42,160 nt of DNA, taken from the NCBI GenBank assembly GCA_964348785.1, contig CAYGDO010000007.1, forward strand, positions 1-42,160. Reading direction: 5' to 3'. The first letter of the stretch is position 1; every line of letters begins with the position of its first letter. Of this stretch, positions 27,818-36,390 are shown piece after piece. The position numbers were made by a program, and so were the translations under genes. Below the pieces are notes generated by a model. That model saw nothing but the letters and a program-made list of their open reading frames with translations, ran no database searches and was not told the origin of the DNA. Source of the stretch: an uncultured Candidatus Saccharibacteria bacterium. GTDB taxonomy: Bacteria; Patescibacteriota; Minisyncoccia; Phycocordibacterales; 2-02-FULL-43-11.

Positions 27818-30097
27818 TTATTTAGCCACAGCAACCGCCTCTTCAAACTCAATAGAAAGCAATTTAGAAAGACCGTCTTGACCCATAGTCACGCCATATA
27901 AAACACCGGCACGGGACATTGTTTCCCTGTTATGAGTGATTAAAATAAGTTGAGATAATTTTGAAAGATTTTCTATCATATCACCGTATTTTCTTGAATT
28001 GGCCTCATCAAGAGCGGCATCTGTTTCATCTAAAATAATAAAAGGTGGCGGATTGACTTGGGAAATAGCAAACAAAAGTGCAATGGAAGTTAAAGCTCTT
28101 TCACCTCCTGACAACATTTCCAATCCTTTAATATTTTTTCTCGGCAACTTTACATCTATCTCAATACCCAATTCGGCTTTTCCTTCTTCTTGTTCATCGC
28201 CAACAGATTCCATATTTATTTCAATACTTTCATCAGATACCTTAATCTTTGGCCCCTCCTCAACAACTTTTATTGATGCCTTTCCTCCTCCAAACATCAA
28301 ACAAAAAAAATCATTGAATTGAAAATTTATTTTTTCAATACCCGTTTTAAATTCCTCTTCCAACTTATTATCCAACTCCTCTATGAGTTTCCTCAAAGAC
28401 TCTGAGGAAAGCTCCAGATCAGCAATTTCTTTAGCTAAAAATTCCTCCCTTTCAGAAACCTCCATAAATTCTTTCATTACATCTTCACCGCCACCAATTC
28501 CAGCATCTTCAATTCTAATTTTAAGTTTTTGAATATTTCGCAATCTTTCCTCTTGTTTAGTTCTCTCCTCAATTCCCAAATTTTCAACAGCACTTCCATC
28601 AATTTTCTTCAATTCCTCATCAAAAAGATAAACATTTCTCCCAATCAAAGAAAAACCTTCTCTGATTTCTCTTTCAAATTCCTCTTTCAGGATAAAATTT
28701 TTTGATTTCTGTTCTTTTAAATTAGAAATTTTTACATACAAATCTTTCTGTTCCGACATTAAAGAAAAAAGTTCTCTCTCTGCGTCTCTAGTTTTATCTT
28801 TTTCTTTTTCTATATCATTCTTTATACCCTCATAAGTTGAATAAAGTTCTGATTCTCTAGAAATTGTATTTGTTATTTTCTCATCTAAATCATTTTTTGC
28901 TCTCAATAATTGATCTATATCTTTTTCAAAAGAAACCTCTTTTACATTACCCGAGGTAGAAATTTTGTTTGAAAAAGAATCTGTTATTTCTACAATTCTT
29001 GAATAAATAACCTTTACTCCTTCTAAATTATTTATACTCTCAAGTTCTTTGGCGGTTGCTTTTATTCTTTCTAACAAACCACGGACTTCTTTTGCTAAAA
29101 CCGTGGCGGTATCTTCAGCCTCCGCCTCTTTCTTGGCTTTCTCTATCAAGCGCTTTAAGCCAGAAATCTCACCTTCTATTCTTCCAACTTCTCTCGTTAA
29201 TTTATCCCTTTCTTGCCTTGTAATGCTAAGCTCACTCTCAACCTCTAGAAGTTTTTTTCTTTTATCATCAATTATTGGCGAATCAGCCATTGCCTTTCTC
29301 TCTTCAGTTATCCTTCTCTCAACTTCCACCAATTTCTGCTCTGGAATCTTAGACTCCAAATCTAAATTTTTACCTTGTCTGTCAACGTATATTTTTTCCA
29401 AAAAAAGATACTCTTTATAAGCCAAAGCCAACTCCTCTTGCATCTGTTTTGTCTTCTCGACTTTCTCCACCTGCTTTTTTAAAAATTTAATATGAGGGGC
29501 AATTTCCCTTCTCAAAGATTCTACCTGCTTTATATTTTCTTCAGTTTTTTCCAACTTCCTGGCACTCTCTTTCTTTTTGTATTGATAAATTTTAAGTCCA
29601 AGAGCGTCTTCAATCATCTCTCTTCTTTCTTTAGAATTGGCTGACAAAATTCTATCGGCTTCACCTTGAGAAATAATATGATGTCCTGACGATCCAATGT
29701 GAGCGCCTGCTAAAGTCTCCGAAATATCTTTGAGACGAACAAGAGTGCCGTTGATGAAATATTCAGACAAAGAATCTCTGTAAACCGCTCTTTCAAGAGC
29801 GACCTCATCAAAATCAACTCCAATTTGTCTTTTTGAATTATCAAAAATTATTTTTACAGAAGCTCTGTTTGAACGAGCGACCGTTCCATTTCCTCCATTC
29901 CAAATGAGATCTTCACCTCTTTTTCCTCTCATGGATTTTAGAGACTGTTCTCCGAGAACAAATCTAAAAGCTTCGGCCACGTTTGATTTTCCAGAACCAT
30001 TTGGACCAACAATTGCGGTAATAGACGTCTTGAAATCAAGATTGGTTTTTTTGGCAAACGATTTGAAGCCTGCTATTTCAAGACTTTTTAAATACAT
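27818..30097 (-). CDS. smc: short SMC-family ATPase
   Basis: MYLKSLEIAGFKSF, GPNGSGKSN, LSGGE, ILDETDAALD; only 759 aa; near rnc. Confidence 0.9.
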   Translation of the reverse strand: MYLKSLEIAGFKSFAKKTNLDFKTSITAIVGPNGSGKSNVAEAFRFVLGEQSLKSMRGKRGEDLIWNGGNGTVARSNRASVKIIFDNSKRQIGVDFDEVALERAVYRDSLSEYFINGTLVRLKDISETLAGAHIGSSGHHIISQGEADRILSANSKERREMIEDALGLKIYQYKKKESARKLEKTEENIKQVESLRREIAPHIKFLKKQVEKVEKTKQMQEELALAYKEYLFLEKIYVDRQGKNLDLESKIPEQKLVEVERRITEERKAMADSPIIDDKRKKLLEVESELSITRQERDKLTREVGRIEGEISGLKRLIEKAKKEAEAEDTATVLAKEVRGLLERIKATAKELESINNLEGVKVIYSRIVEITDSFSNKISTSGNVKEVSFEKDIDQLLRAKNDLDEKITNTISRESELYSTYEGIKNDIEKEKDKTRDAERELFSLMSEQKDLYVKISNLKEQKSKNFILKEEFEREIREGFSLIGRNVYLFDEELKKIDGSAVENLGIEERTKQEERLRNIQKLKIRIEDAGIGGGEDVMKEFMEVSEREEFLAKEIADLELSSESLRKLIEELDNKLEEEFKTGIEKINFQFNDFFCLMFGGGKASIKVVEEGPKIKVSDESIEINMESVGDEQEEGKAELGIEIDVKLPRKNIKGLEMLSGGERALTSIALLFAISQVNPPPFIILDETDAALDEANSRKYGDMIENLSKLSQLILITHNRETMSRAGVLYGVTMGQDGLSKLLSIEFEEAVAVAK

Positions 30098-30098
30098 C

Positions 30099-30222
30099 CC
30101 GTTAGAAGTAGAAAACGAACAAATCGTTTCTACTTAAAATTATAGTTAATTTTTTCTGCCTTACGACCTTAATCATATGTTTATATAAATACTTTAAATT
30201 ATTTTTCCGTGACTTCTAACGG
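30099..30222. mobile_element. MITE-like element with 11-bp TIRs and 8-bp target duplication
   Basis: CCGTTAGAAGT (30099-30109) / ACTTCTAACGG (30212-30222), flanked by AATACATC at 30091-30098 and 30223-30230. Confidence 0.8.
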
Positions 30223-30298
30223 AATACATCCATAAATTATAATCTTTTCTGCTTTAAATAAAAAGTTTGATTTTTATTTATAAATAATAAAAAACAAC

Positions 30299-30327
30299 AA
30301 AAAAGCCCCGAGACCGAAGTCTGGGGC
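30299..30327 (-). terminator. cUUCGg terminator of the 30351 gene
   Basis: GCCCC-AGAC-UUCG-GUCU-C-GGGGC plus 6 U. Confidence 0.85.
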
Positions 30328-30350
30328 CAAATGGGCATGGGGGTGAACGG

Positions 30351-30641
30351 TTAGCTGGTCACCTCCTCGCAGTATTCAGGCCGAAAACAGAAAAATCCAG
30401 AATTGCAGTGATCCGTCCAGTACCGGACGGCAAACATCTTCCTCGAAGCGCGAAGAGCTTCCAGGGCCACCTCTCTGGCGACCACAAAAAGCCCCCTTTT
30501 CTCCGCGACCTGCCGAATTTCATCAGGAACTTCGGTCGCGACCGAAAGTTCCTCTCCAATCCACGCCGCCCTGATCCGCTCATCGGCGATTCCGTTGGGG
30601 ATGGATTTGATACGAATCCGACGACCTTTGCCTGTAGTCAT
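30351..30641 (-). CDS. hypothetical protein, GC-rich singleton
   Basis: ORF between a TGGACT-17-TAGAAT promoter and a UUCG terminator; ATG 30641 has GAGGT upstream (track start 30656). Confidence 0.65.
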   Translation of the reverse strand: MTTGKGRRIRIKSIPNGIADERIRAAWIGEELSVATEVPDEIRQVAEKRGLFVVAREVALEALRASRKMFAVRYWTDHCNSGFFCFRPEYCEEVTS

Positions 30642-30751
30642 AACCACAAACCTCAATGTTGAGAACTCTCCTTAGTCCACCTGTGCCTGTTGATGCGACC
30701 TTGGAGTAACGAATTAAAATTCTACAATACCAAATATAAAAAGTCCACTTC

Positions 30752-30760
30752 TGTGGATAA
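30752..30760 (-). promoter_or_regulatory. perfect DnaA box
   Basis: TGTGGATAA = reverse complement of TTATCCACA. Confidence 0.5.
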
Positions 30761-30789
30761 CCATATACAAAATAGAATTTTGTAAATCT

Positions 30790-31482
30790 TTATTCCTCCC
30801 AATGTTTAGCCTCTAAACCAGCGCTAGCTGCCGATTGCTCAGCTTCTTGTTTAGATCTCCCGTGACCTTCTGCCACTTTTTCAGAACCTAAATAAACACC
30901 GACTGTAAATTGCTTGTCATGATCTGGCCCAACCTCACTTTCCGTTTTGTAAGAAGGAGTCACTCCAACGATCTCTTGGGCTTTTTCTTGAAAATGACTT
31001 TTTGAATCAAGCCACATTTTTTCTTTTACAATCTCGTCAATCATTGGCAAAAGATACTTTGTAATAAATTCTTCAGCTGATTTATAACCTTGATCCAAAA
31101 ACAAAGCCCCTATCAATGCCTCAAAAGCATTAGCTAAAATTATTTGTCTCGCTCTCCCTGTATCTTTTGCCTCACCACGTGATAAAAGCAAAAAATCATT
31201 CATGCCGATTTTTGTGGCCAAATCAGACAAAGTATTAGCGTTTACCAAAGCCGATCTAAAAGCGGTAAGCTCACCTTCTGGTTTTGCTGGATACTTAGCG
31301 AATAAAAATTCAGTGACTATAAGCTCCAAAACTGCATCACCTAAAAATTCCAATCTTTCATTGTGTTCTAGATGCAAACCTCTATTTTCATTTATATAAG
31401 ACCTATGAGTAAAAGACGTCTTCAAAAGAGACTTATTTTTAAAAATAAAATTAATTTGTTTTTCAAATTCAGTAAAATCCAC
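30790..31482 (-). CDS. rnc: ribonuclease III
   Basis: NERLEFLGDAVL, ANAFEALIGALFLD, dsRBD KSHFQE..Q. Confidence 0.98.
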   Translation of the reverse strand: MDFTEFEKQINFIFKNKSLLKTSFTHRSYINENRGLHLEHNERLEFLGDAVLELIVTEFLFAKYPAKPEGELTAFRSALVNANTLSDLATKIGMNDFLLLSRGEAKDTGRARQIILANAFEALIGALFLDQGYKSAEEFITKYLLPMIDEIVKEKMWLDSKSHFQEKAQEIVGVTPSYKTESEVGPDHDKQFTVGVYLGSEKVAEGHGRSKQEAEQSAASAGLEAKHWEE

Positions 31483-31490
31483 AAAATTAA

Positions 31491-31563
31491 ATCAAATATT
31501 AAATATCAAATACCAAAAAAATAAATTCTGTTAATTTTTGATTTTTAATTTTTTATATCTGAT
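31491..31563. repeat. two opposed heptamer tracts at the nusB-rnc junction
   Basis: ATCAAAT ATTAAAT ATCAAAT ACCAAAA (31491-31518) and TGTTAAT TTTTGAT TTTTAAT TTTTTAT ATCTGAT (31529-31563). Confidence 0.65.
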
Positions 31564-32459
31564 TTGGAATTATCTAATAATATATTTATCGCCTTAGTGA
31601 CAATTGGCAGAATATCGCCATAAAAATTTAAGTCAAGTATATCTTGCATTTTAAACCATCTGGCATCATCCAAACCGCCCGAGGAACCCAATTTTATATT
31701 GCTAAACTGTGATTCTGCTAAAAAATAAGTGACTCGTTTTCTAACTTTTCCTTTCTCAGGATCACTAGCTGGATATTCATTTTCGCCAAGTCTATCTTTT
31801 GTAATGATATCCAAACCCATCTCTTCTTTTATTTTACTTACCACACCGTCTTCCTCTTTAGTGTCAGCATCAATTTTTCCCTTTGAAAGAGTCCAGTGTC
31901 CAAAAATATCGTGGACAAGAGCTAGATAAATGTTTCCCCCGTCCTTTGCATATACCACCGCACCAACCAATTTTTGAACAGGCAAATTTTCGTAAGAAAC
32001 ATTATCATCTTTTTTCCTTCTTGAAGGAGCGTCCTTTTCGGGTTCACCTAATTCTTTATAAACAGAACCCAAAACACCGTTCACAAACTTACCACTATTT
32101 TCACCACCAAAACTCTTAGCCAATTCTATAGCTTCATTTATGGCAACTTTAGGAGGCACTTCTGACTTATCTTTGAAAAGTAACTCAAAAAGTCCGACAC
32201 GCAAAACATTTCTGTCCACATTACCAATTTTTTCAATCGGCCATTCTGGGGCAGCTTTTTGTATTATGAGATCTAGATCTTTTTGCTTTTCAAGCACTCC
32301 ACTCAAAAGTTTTTCGCAGAAATCAAACTCAACGCCAGGAGCAAATTCTTCTGCATTTCTTTTTAGTGACTTTTTTACTTCGTCATTTTGACGGTTCATA
32401 AAGTCCCACTCAAAGAGGGTTTGAACAACAACTGATCTTGCAAGGTGCCTATTAGCCAT
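31545..32459 (-). CDS. nusB: NusB fused to a NUDIX-fold domain
   Basis: RHLARSVVVQTLFEWD, VDRNVLR, INEAIELAKSFG, FVNGVLG; C-terminal WTLSKGK...EEMGL. Confidence 0.93.
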   Translation of the reverse strand: MANRHLARSVVVQTLFEWDFMNRQNDEVKKSLKRNAEEFAPGVEFDFCEKLLSGVLEKQKDLDLIIQKAAPEWPIEKIGNVDRNVLRVGLFELLFKDKSEVPPKVAINEAIELAKSFGGENSGKFVNGVLGSVYKELGEPEKDAPSRRKKDDNVSYENLPVQKLVGAVVYAKDGGNIYLALVHDIFGHWTLSKGKIDADTKEEDGVVSKIKEEMGLDIITKDRLGENEYPASDPEKGKVRKRVTYFLAESQFSNIKLGSSGGLDDARWFKMQDILDLNFYGDILPIVTKAINILLDNSKSDIKN

Positions 32460-32513
32460 ATAAAGCTTTATTTTTAAAGCTCCGGACTAATAATTAGAGA
32501 GGTGACTCAGAAA

Positions 32514-32738
32514 CTATTTAGCCGTAGCTCTTTCTTTCTGTTTCTTTTCCTTTTTGGCGATTTTCTTATGCACATCTACCGCCTTTAGGTCTCTATACAT
32601 TCCACAATTTGAGCAAGCTCTATGTGAAAGTTTTGGTGTATTGCAGTTCTTACAAATAGAAAATCTCGCATTTTTCAATGCGTGATGAGCTCTTCTATTG
32701 TCCCGGTGTGCCCGGTTTGCTCTCATTCGAACTACCAT
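32514..32738 (-). CDS. rpmF: 50S ribosomal protein L32
   Basis: RRAHHAL, CKNC...HRACSNCGMY; start moved to ATG 32738. Confidence 0.95.
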   Translation of the reverse strand: MVVRMRANRAHRDNRRAHHALKNARFSICKNCNTPKLSHRACSNCGMYRDLKAVDVHKKIAKKEKKQKERATAK

Positions 32739-32746
32739 ACAAAGAG

Positions 32747-32775
32747 AGTCTATCAAAAAGCCCTTTTAAAATCAA
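32747..32775 (-). promoter_or_regulatory. rpmF promoter, leaderless geometry
   Basis: TTGATT, 17 nt, TGn-TAGACT ending 8 nt before the ATG. Confidence 0.6.
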
Positions 32776-32889
32776 CCCCGTTAGAAGCCACGGGCACTAA
32801 AACAATATTAAGAAATGTTGTTAAAGATTATTTAAAATCTGAAAATTTAGAAACATAGATATACTGTCCGTGCCCTACTTCTAACGGGG
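32776..32889. mobile_element. second copy of the MITE-like family, opposite orientation
   Basis: 12-bp TIR CCCCGTTAGAAG/CTTCTAACGGGG; ends match the 30099 element. Confidence 0.72.
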
Positions 32890-32908
32890 CAAGCCCTTTT
32901 ACTAAAAC

Positions 32909-34660
32909 CTAAATCTTCTGCTTTTCCCACAATTCATAAAATCGTCCTTTATTGCCATATAGCTCCCCAAAACTACCCATTTCAACTATCTTGCCTTCCT
33001 CCATTACAATTATTCTATCCATTTCTTTTATAGTTGTTAGCCTATGAGCAATAACTATAGCTGTTACATCTTTAAAAAATTTATGCAAAGAATCTTGAAT
33101 CTTTTGTTCAGATTCTATATCTAAATGAGAAGTTGCTTCATCTAAAAGAAATAATTGAGGATTTTTAAAAACCGCCCTAGCAATCCCGACTCTCTGCTTC
33201 TCGCCTCCTGAAAGCTTAATCCCTTTTTCCCCTATTACCGTATCAATTCCAAGAGGTAATTTATCCATAAAATCTTTAACATGAGCAATCTCAATAACCT
33301 TATCTAGCAACGAATCATTATTTTCTTCACTAGAGTTTGTAATTATTATATTTTCTCTAAGAGTGGCATTAAACAATTCAGTATCTTGAAGGACAACGGC
33401 GACGTAATTAAAATAATCTTTTTTACTTATATTTTTTATAGAAATATTTTCAAATAACAATTCCCCAGAATCCAACTCATGCTCCTTTAAAATTAATTTA
33501 AATAAAGTTGATTTACCAGCGCCAGACAAACCCACAATTCCTATTTTTTCTCCTCTTTTGATTTCAAAAGATAAATTTTCTAAAACAGGTTTATTTTGGT
33601 AAGAAAAAGATAAATCTTTAAAATAGATTTTCTGCCAATCTTTTGGAAAACTTATCTTACCCTTCTCATCATCAATATTTATTTTGGTATTTAAAATATA
33701 TTTCAACCTTTCAACCCCCTTTTTTGCAATAGCAAAATCTTCGGAAATATCTACCAATTCAGACATAGAAGATAATATCTGAGTGAAATACCCAACAAAC
33801 AAGACCAAAAAACCTACTTCGTAAAAACCATTATAAATACCAAAAGATATAAAAATTATTGAACCCGCCCTAAAAAGATGACCGTAAATATTTCTAAAAG
33901 TATTTCCACTCTGAAACCAAAATACCCTTTTTCTAATACTTAAAAACAAATCATCAGCGTTTTTCTTTAGTCTATTCATTATGCCCTCCAACATAGACAT
34001 CACTTTCACACTTCTGATGTGATCAATTGACTCAAAAATTAAACCAGCTCTTGACTCCTCTTTGGCACTAACAACCTCGTGAGCCATAATGGCCCTTTTT
34101 CTAAAATATTTAGAAAAAAGATAAAAAGTGACCAAGAAAAATACGAGAATTGAAGCAATCTTTAAATCAAATTTAATAAGAATAAAAATAATACCTACTA
34201 AATTTATAGTTATCTCAATAACATTATTTATCCATATTCTTAAAATTTTATGAACACCCTCTGAACCCTTATCTATCCTCTTAAACTTATTGCCTGCATT
34301 TTCTTTTTCCTGCCAAGACATATCCAAACTGACCAAATGTTTCAAAGATTTATACTCAACATCCAAACGACATTTTTCGGCAATTTGAAAAACAAAAATT
34401 TTTGCATAATACAAACCAAAAAATCTAACCAAAACTGCCAAAATCATTAAAAAGAATATTGGATACAAGTATTCGATGGATTTTACAGAACCAATTAGAG
34501 CAGGTTCAGTAAAAAAATTTACCACCAATGATGTAGCATAGTACGGATAAAGCCAAGCCAAATCACCACACGCTCTTAAAAAAGTGCCTAGAAAAAACTT
34601 ATATTTATATGGCTTAACATAAAACCATATATCTGCAGCCAAATCTCTTATCCTATACAT
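32909..34660 (-). CDS. ABC exporter, fused permease/ATPase
   Basis: N-terminal TMs, GLSGAGKST, LSGGEKQR, LLDEATSHLD. Confidence 0.95.
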   Translation of the reverse strand: MYRIRDLAADIWFYVKPYKYKFFLGTFLRACGDLAWLYPYYATSLVVNFFTEPALIGSVKSIEYLYPIFFLMILAVLVRFFGLYYAKIFVFQIAEKCRLDVEYKSLKHLVSLDMSWQEKENAGNKFKRIDKGSEGVHKILRIWINNVIEITINLVGIIFILIKFDLKIASILVFFLVTFYLFSKYFRKRAIMAHEVVSAKEESRAGLIFESIDHIRSVKVMSMLEGIMNRLKKNADDLFLSIRKRVFWFQSGNTFRNIYGHLFRAGSIIFISFGIYNGFYEVGFLVLFVGYFTQILSSMSELVDISEDFAIAKKGVERLKYILNTKINIDDEKGKISFPKDWQKIYFKDLSFSYQNKPVLENLSFEIKRGEKIGIVGLSGAGKSTLFKLILKEHELDSGELLFENISIKNISKKDYFNYVAVVLQDTELFNATLRENIIITNSSEENNDSLLDKVIEIAHVKDFMDKLPLGIDTVIGEKGIKLSGGEKQRVGIARAVFKNPQLFLLDEATSHLDIESEQKIQDSLHKFFKDVTAIVIAHRLTTIKEMDRIIVMEEGKIVEMGSFGELYGNKGRFYELWEKQKI

Positions 34661-34666
34661 AGGTTT

Positions 34667-35281
34667 TTAAATCTTATCACGCCCTAAGATATTTTTTAAA
34701 AAACTCATTCTGTGAATTTTTGATGGTCCTTTTTTCAGAATGACTTTTATATGCGCTTTTGTGCCATAACCTTTGTGCACTTCAAAAGCATAATCCGAGT
34801 GTTTTTTAGCTATTTGCTTCATAAATTCATCTCTTTTAATTTTCGCAACAATAGAAGCCAAAGCGATTGGCAATTCTTTTTCATCACCCTTTATAATCGT
34901 CTTCTGATTCTTAAAATTTACAGGTGCGTACAAAGAACCATCTAAAAGTATTTGGGTATTTTCTGATTTTAAATTAAACAATTTCAAACATTTATTCATA
35001 GCAAACTTAATGGCAAACGAAATTCCCTTTTTATCTATCATTTTTTCACTCGCAAATTGAGCAGTATAAAAAATCAGGCCGTTTTCTTTTGCTTTTTTAA
35101 TTTTTTCCAACCAAAGATATCTTTGATTTTCTGAAAGTTTTTTTGAGTCTTTAAAGTTTTTAAAAAATCTTTTTGATTCTTTTAATTTGTCTTTTTTAAT
35201 AGCACATAATCCGACGCAAACAGGTCCAGCCAAAGGCCCCCTTCCCACTTCATCAATTCCCACAATGTACTTTATAATCAT
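34667..35281 (-). CDS. rnhB: ribonuclease HII
   Basis: VGIDEVGRGPLAGPV, DSKKL, LLDG, ALASIVAK, HKGYGT. Confidence 0.97.
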   Translation of the reverse strand: MIIKYIVGIDEVGRGPLAGPVCVGLCAIKKDKLKESKRFFKNFKDSKKLSENQRYLWLEKIKKAKENGLIFYTAQFASEKMIDKKGISFAIKFAMNKCLKLFNLKSENTQILLDGSLYAPVNFKNQKTIIKGDEKELPIALASIVAKIKRDEFMKQIAKKHSDYAFEVHKGYGTKAHIKVILKKGPSKIHRMSFLKNILGRDKI

Positions 35282-35301
35282 AAGTGATAAAATTTTAATC
35301 T

Positions 35302-36390
35302 ATGTCTAAAAATATAGCACTAATTGCAAGTATTTTAATCCTTATTTCTTTGGGAGCATTTTTTCTATTACAACCACCTAAAAAAATTGAGACTCCCGTT
35401 GTTAACCTTGATCCTATTGAAGAAAAAATTAAAACAATGTCACTTGATGAAAAAATTGGCCAAATGCTCATCATAGGTTTTGAGCATCAGTATGTCGATG
35501 AGCATATTAAAACAATGATAGAAAAATATCATATTGGAGGCATCAATCTTCTAAGGAGAAATATTAAAGACGGAGCTCAAACCATAGAATTAACAAAAAG
35601 TTTACAATTCATTTCGGCCATCCCACTTTTTCTTGCGACAGATCAAGAAGGTGGTGAAGTTTTACGTTTTAAATTTCTTAAGGAACTAACAGGGCAAATA
35701 AATATAAAAAATGTGCAACAAGCTGAGGAGGTGGCTTTCTCAAGAGCAAAAGAGTTGAAAGAGTTGGGTATCAATATGAATTTCTCTCCTGTTTTAGATT
35801 ATGTCTCTGACCAAAAGTCATATCTATACAGCCGAACATTCGGCACAGACGCAGAAAATATTGGGGAATTAGGAAAAGCGATGGTAAAAGGTTACAAAAA
35901 CGGAAAAGTTATTCCTGTCGCAAAACATTTTCCGGGTTATGGGAATCTATCACTTGATCCACATAAAAGTGAAGTTGAAATAAATATTGACGAAAACGAT
36001 TTATCAAAAAATTTGCTTCCCTTCCAAAAAATCATAGATGTTGATCCATCCGGTGCTATTATGACAGCCCACATCATGGTACCTTCAGTCGATTCTAAGC
36101 CCGCAACTTTATCTTCTAAATTCTTAAATGAAATTTTAAGAAAACAAATGGGTTTCAAAGGAGTGATTATTACAGATGATATGGAGATGGTATCAGCTGG
36201 AAAATCCGTAGAGGAATCTTCACTAGAGGCCATAATAGCTGGCGCTGATATGATTATTAGCACCTATACGTCAGCAAAACATATAACAATCTTTGAAAAA
36301 ATTAGGAACGCGGTTTTATCTGGAGAAATCACAGAACAGAGAATCGACGAATCGGTCAAAAGAATTCTGAGGTTAAAAGCAGAACTTTAA
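35302..36390 (+). CDS. nagZ: GH3 beta-N-acetylglucosaminidase
   Basis: DQEGG, KHFPGYGNLSLDPH, IMTAH, IITDDMEM; N-terminal membrane anchor. Confidence 0.88.
   Translation: MSKNIALIASILILISLGAFFLLQPPKKIETPVVNLDPIEEKIKTMSLDEKIGQMLIIGFEHQYVDEHIKTMIEKYHIGGINLLRRNIKDGAQTIELTKSLQFISAIPLFLATDQEGGEVLRFKFLKELTGQINIKNVQQAEEVAFSRAKELKELGINMNFSPVLDYVSDQKSYLYSRTFGTDAENIGELGKAMVKGYKNGKVIPVAKHFPGYGNLSLDPHKSEVEINIDENDLSKNLLPFQKIIDVDPSGAIMTAHIMVPSVDSKPATLSSKFLNEILRKQMGFKGVIITDDMEMVSAGKSVEESSLEAIIAGADMIISTYTSAKHITIFEKIRNAVLSGEITEQRIDESVKRILRLKAEL

Noticed and set aside
30359-30662. Two alternative ORFs overlapping the 30351 gene
   Set aside because: Expected in a GC-rich patch with few stops; the promoter, SD and terminator fit the 30641-30351 frame best.
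30740-30790. Replication origin at the DnaA box
   Set aside because: Only one perfect box, with no box cluster and no dnaA/dnaN nearby.
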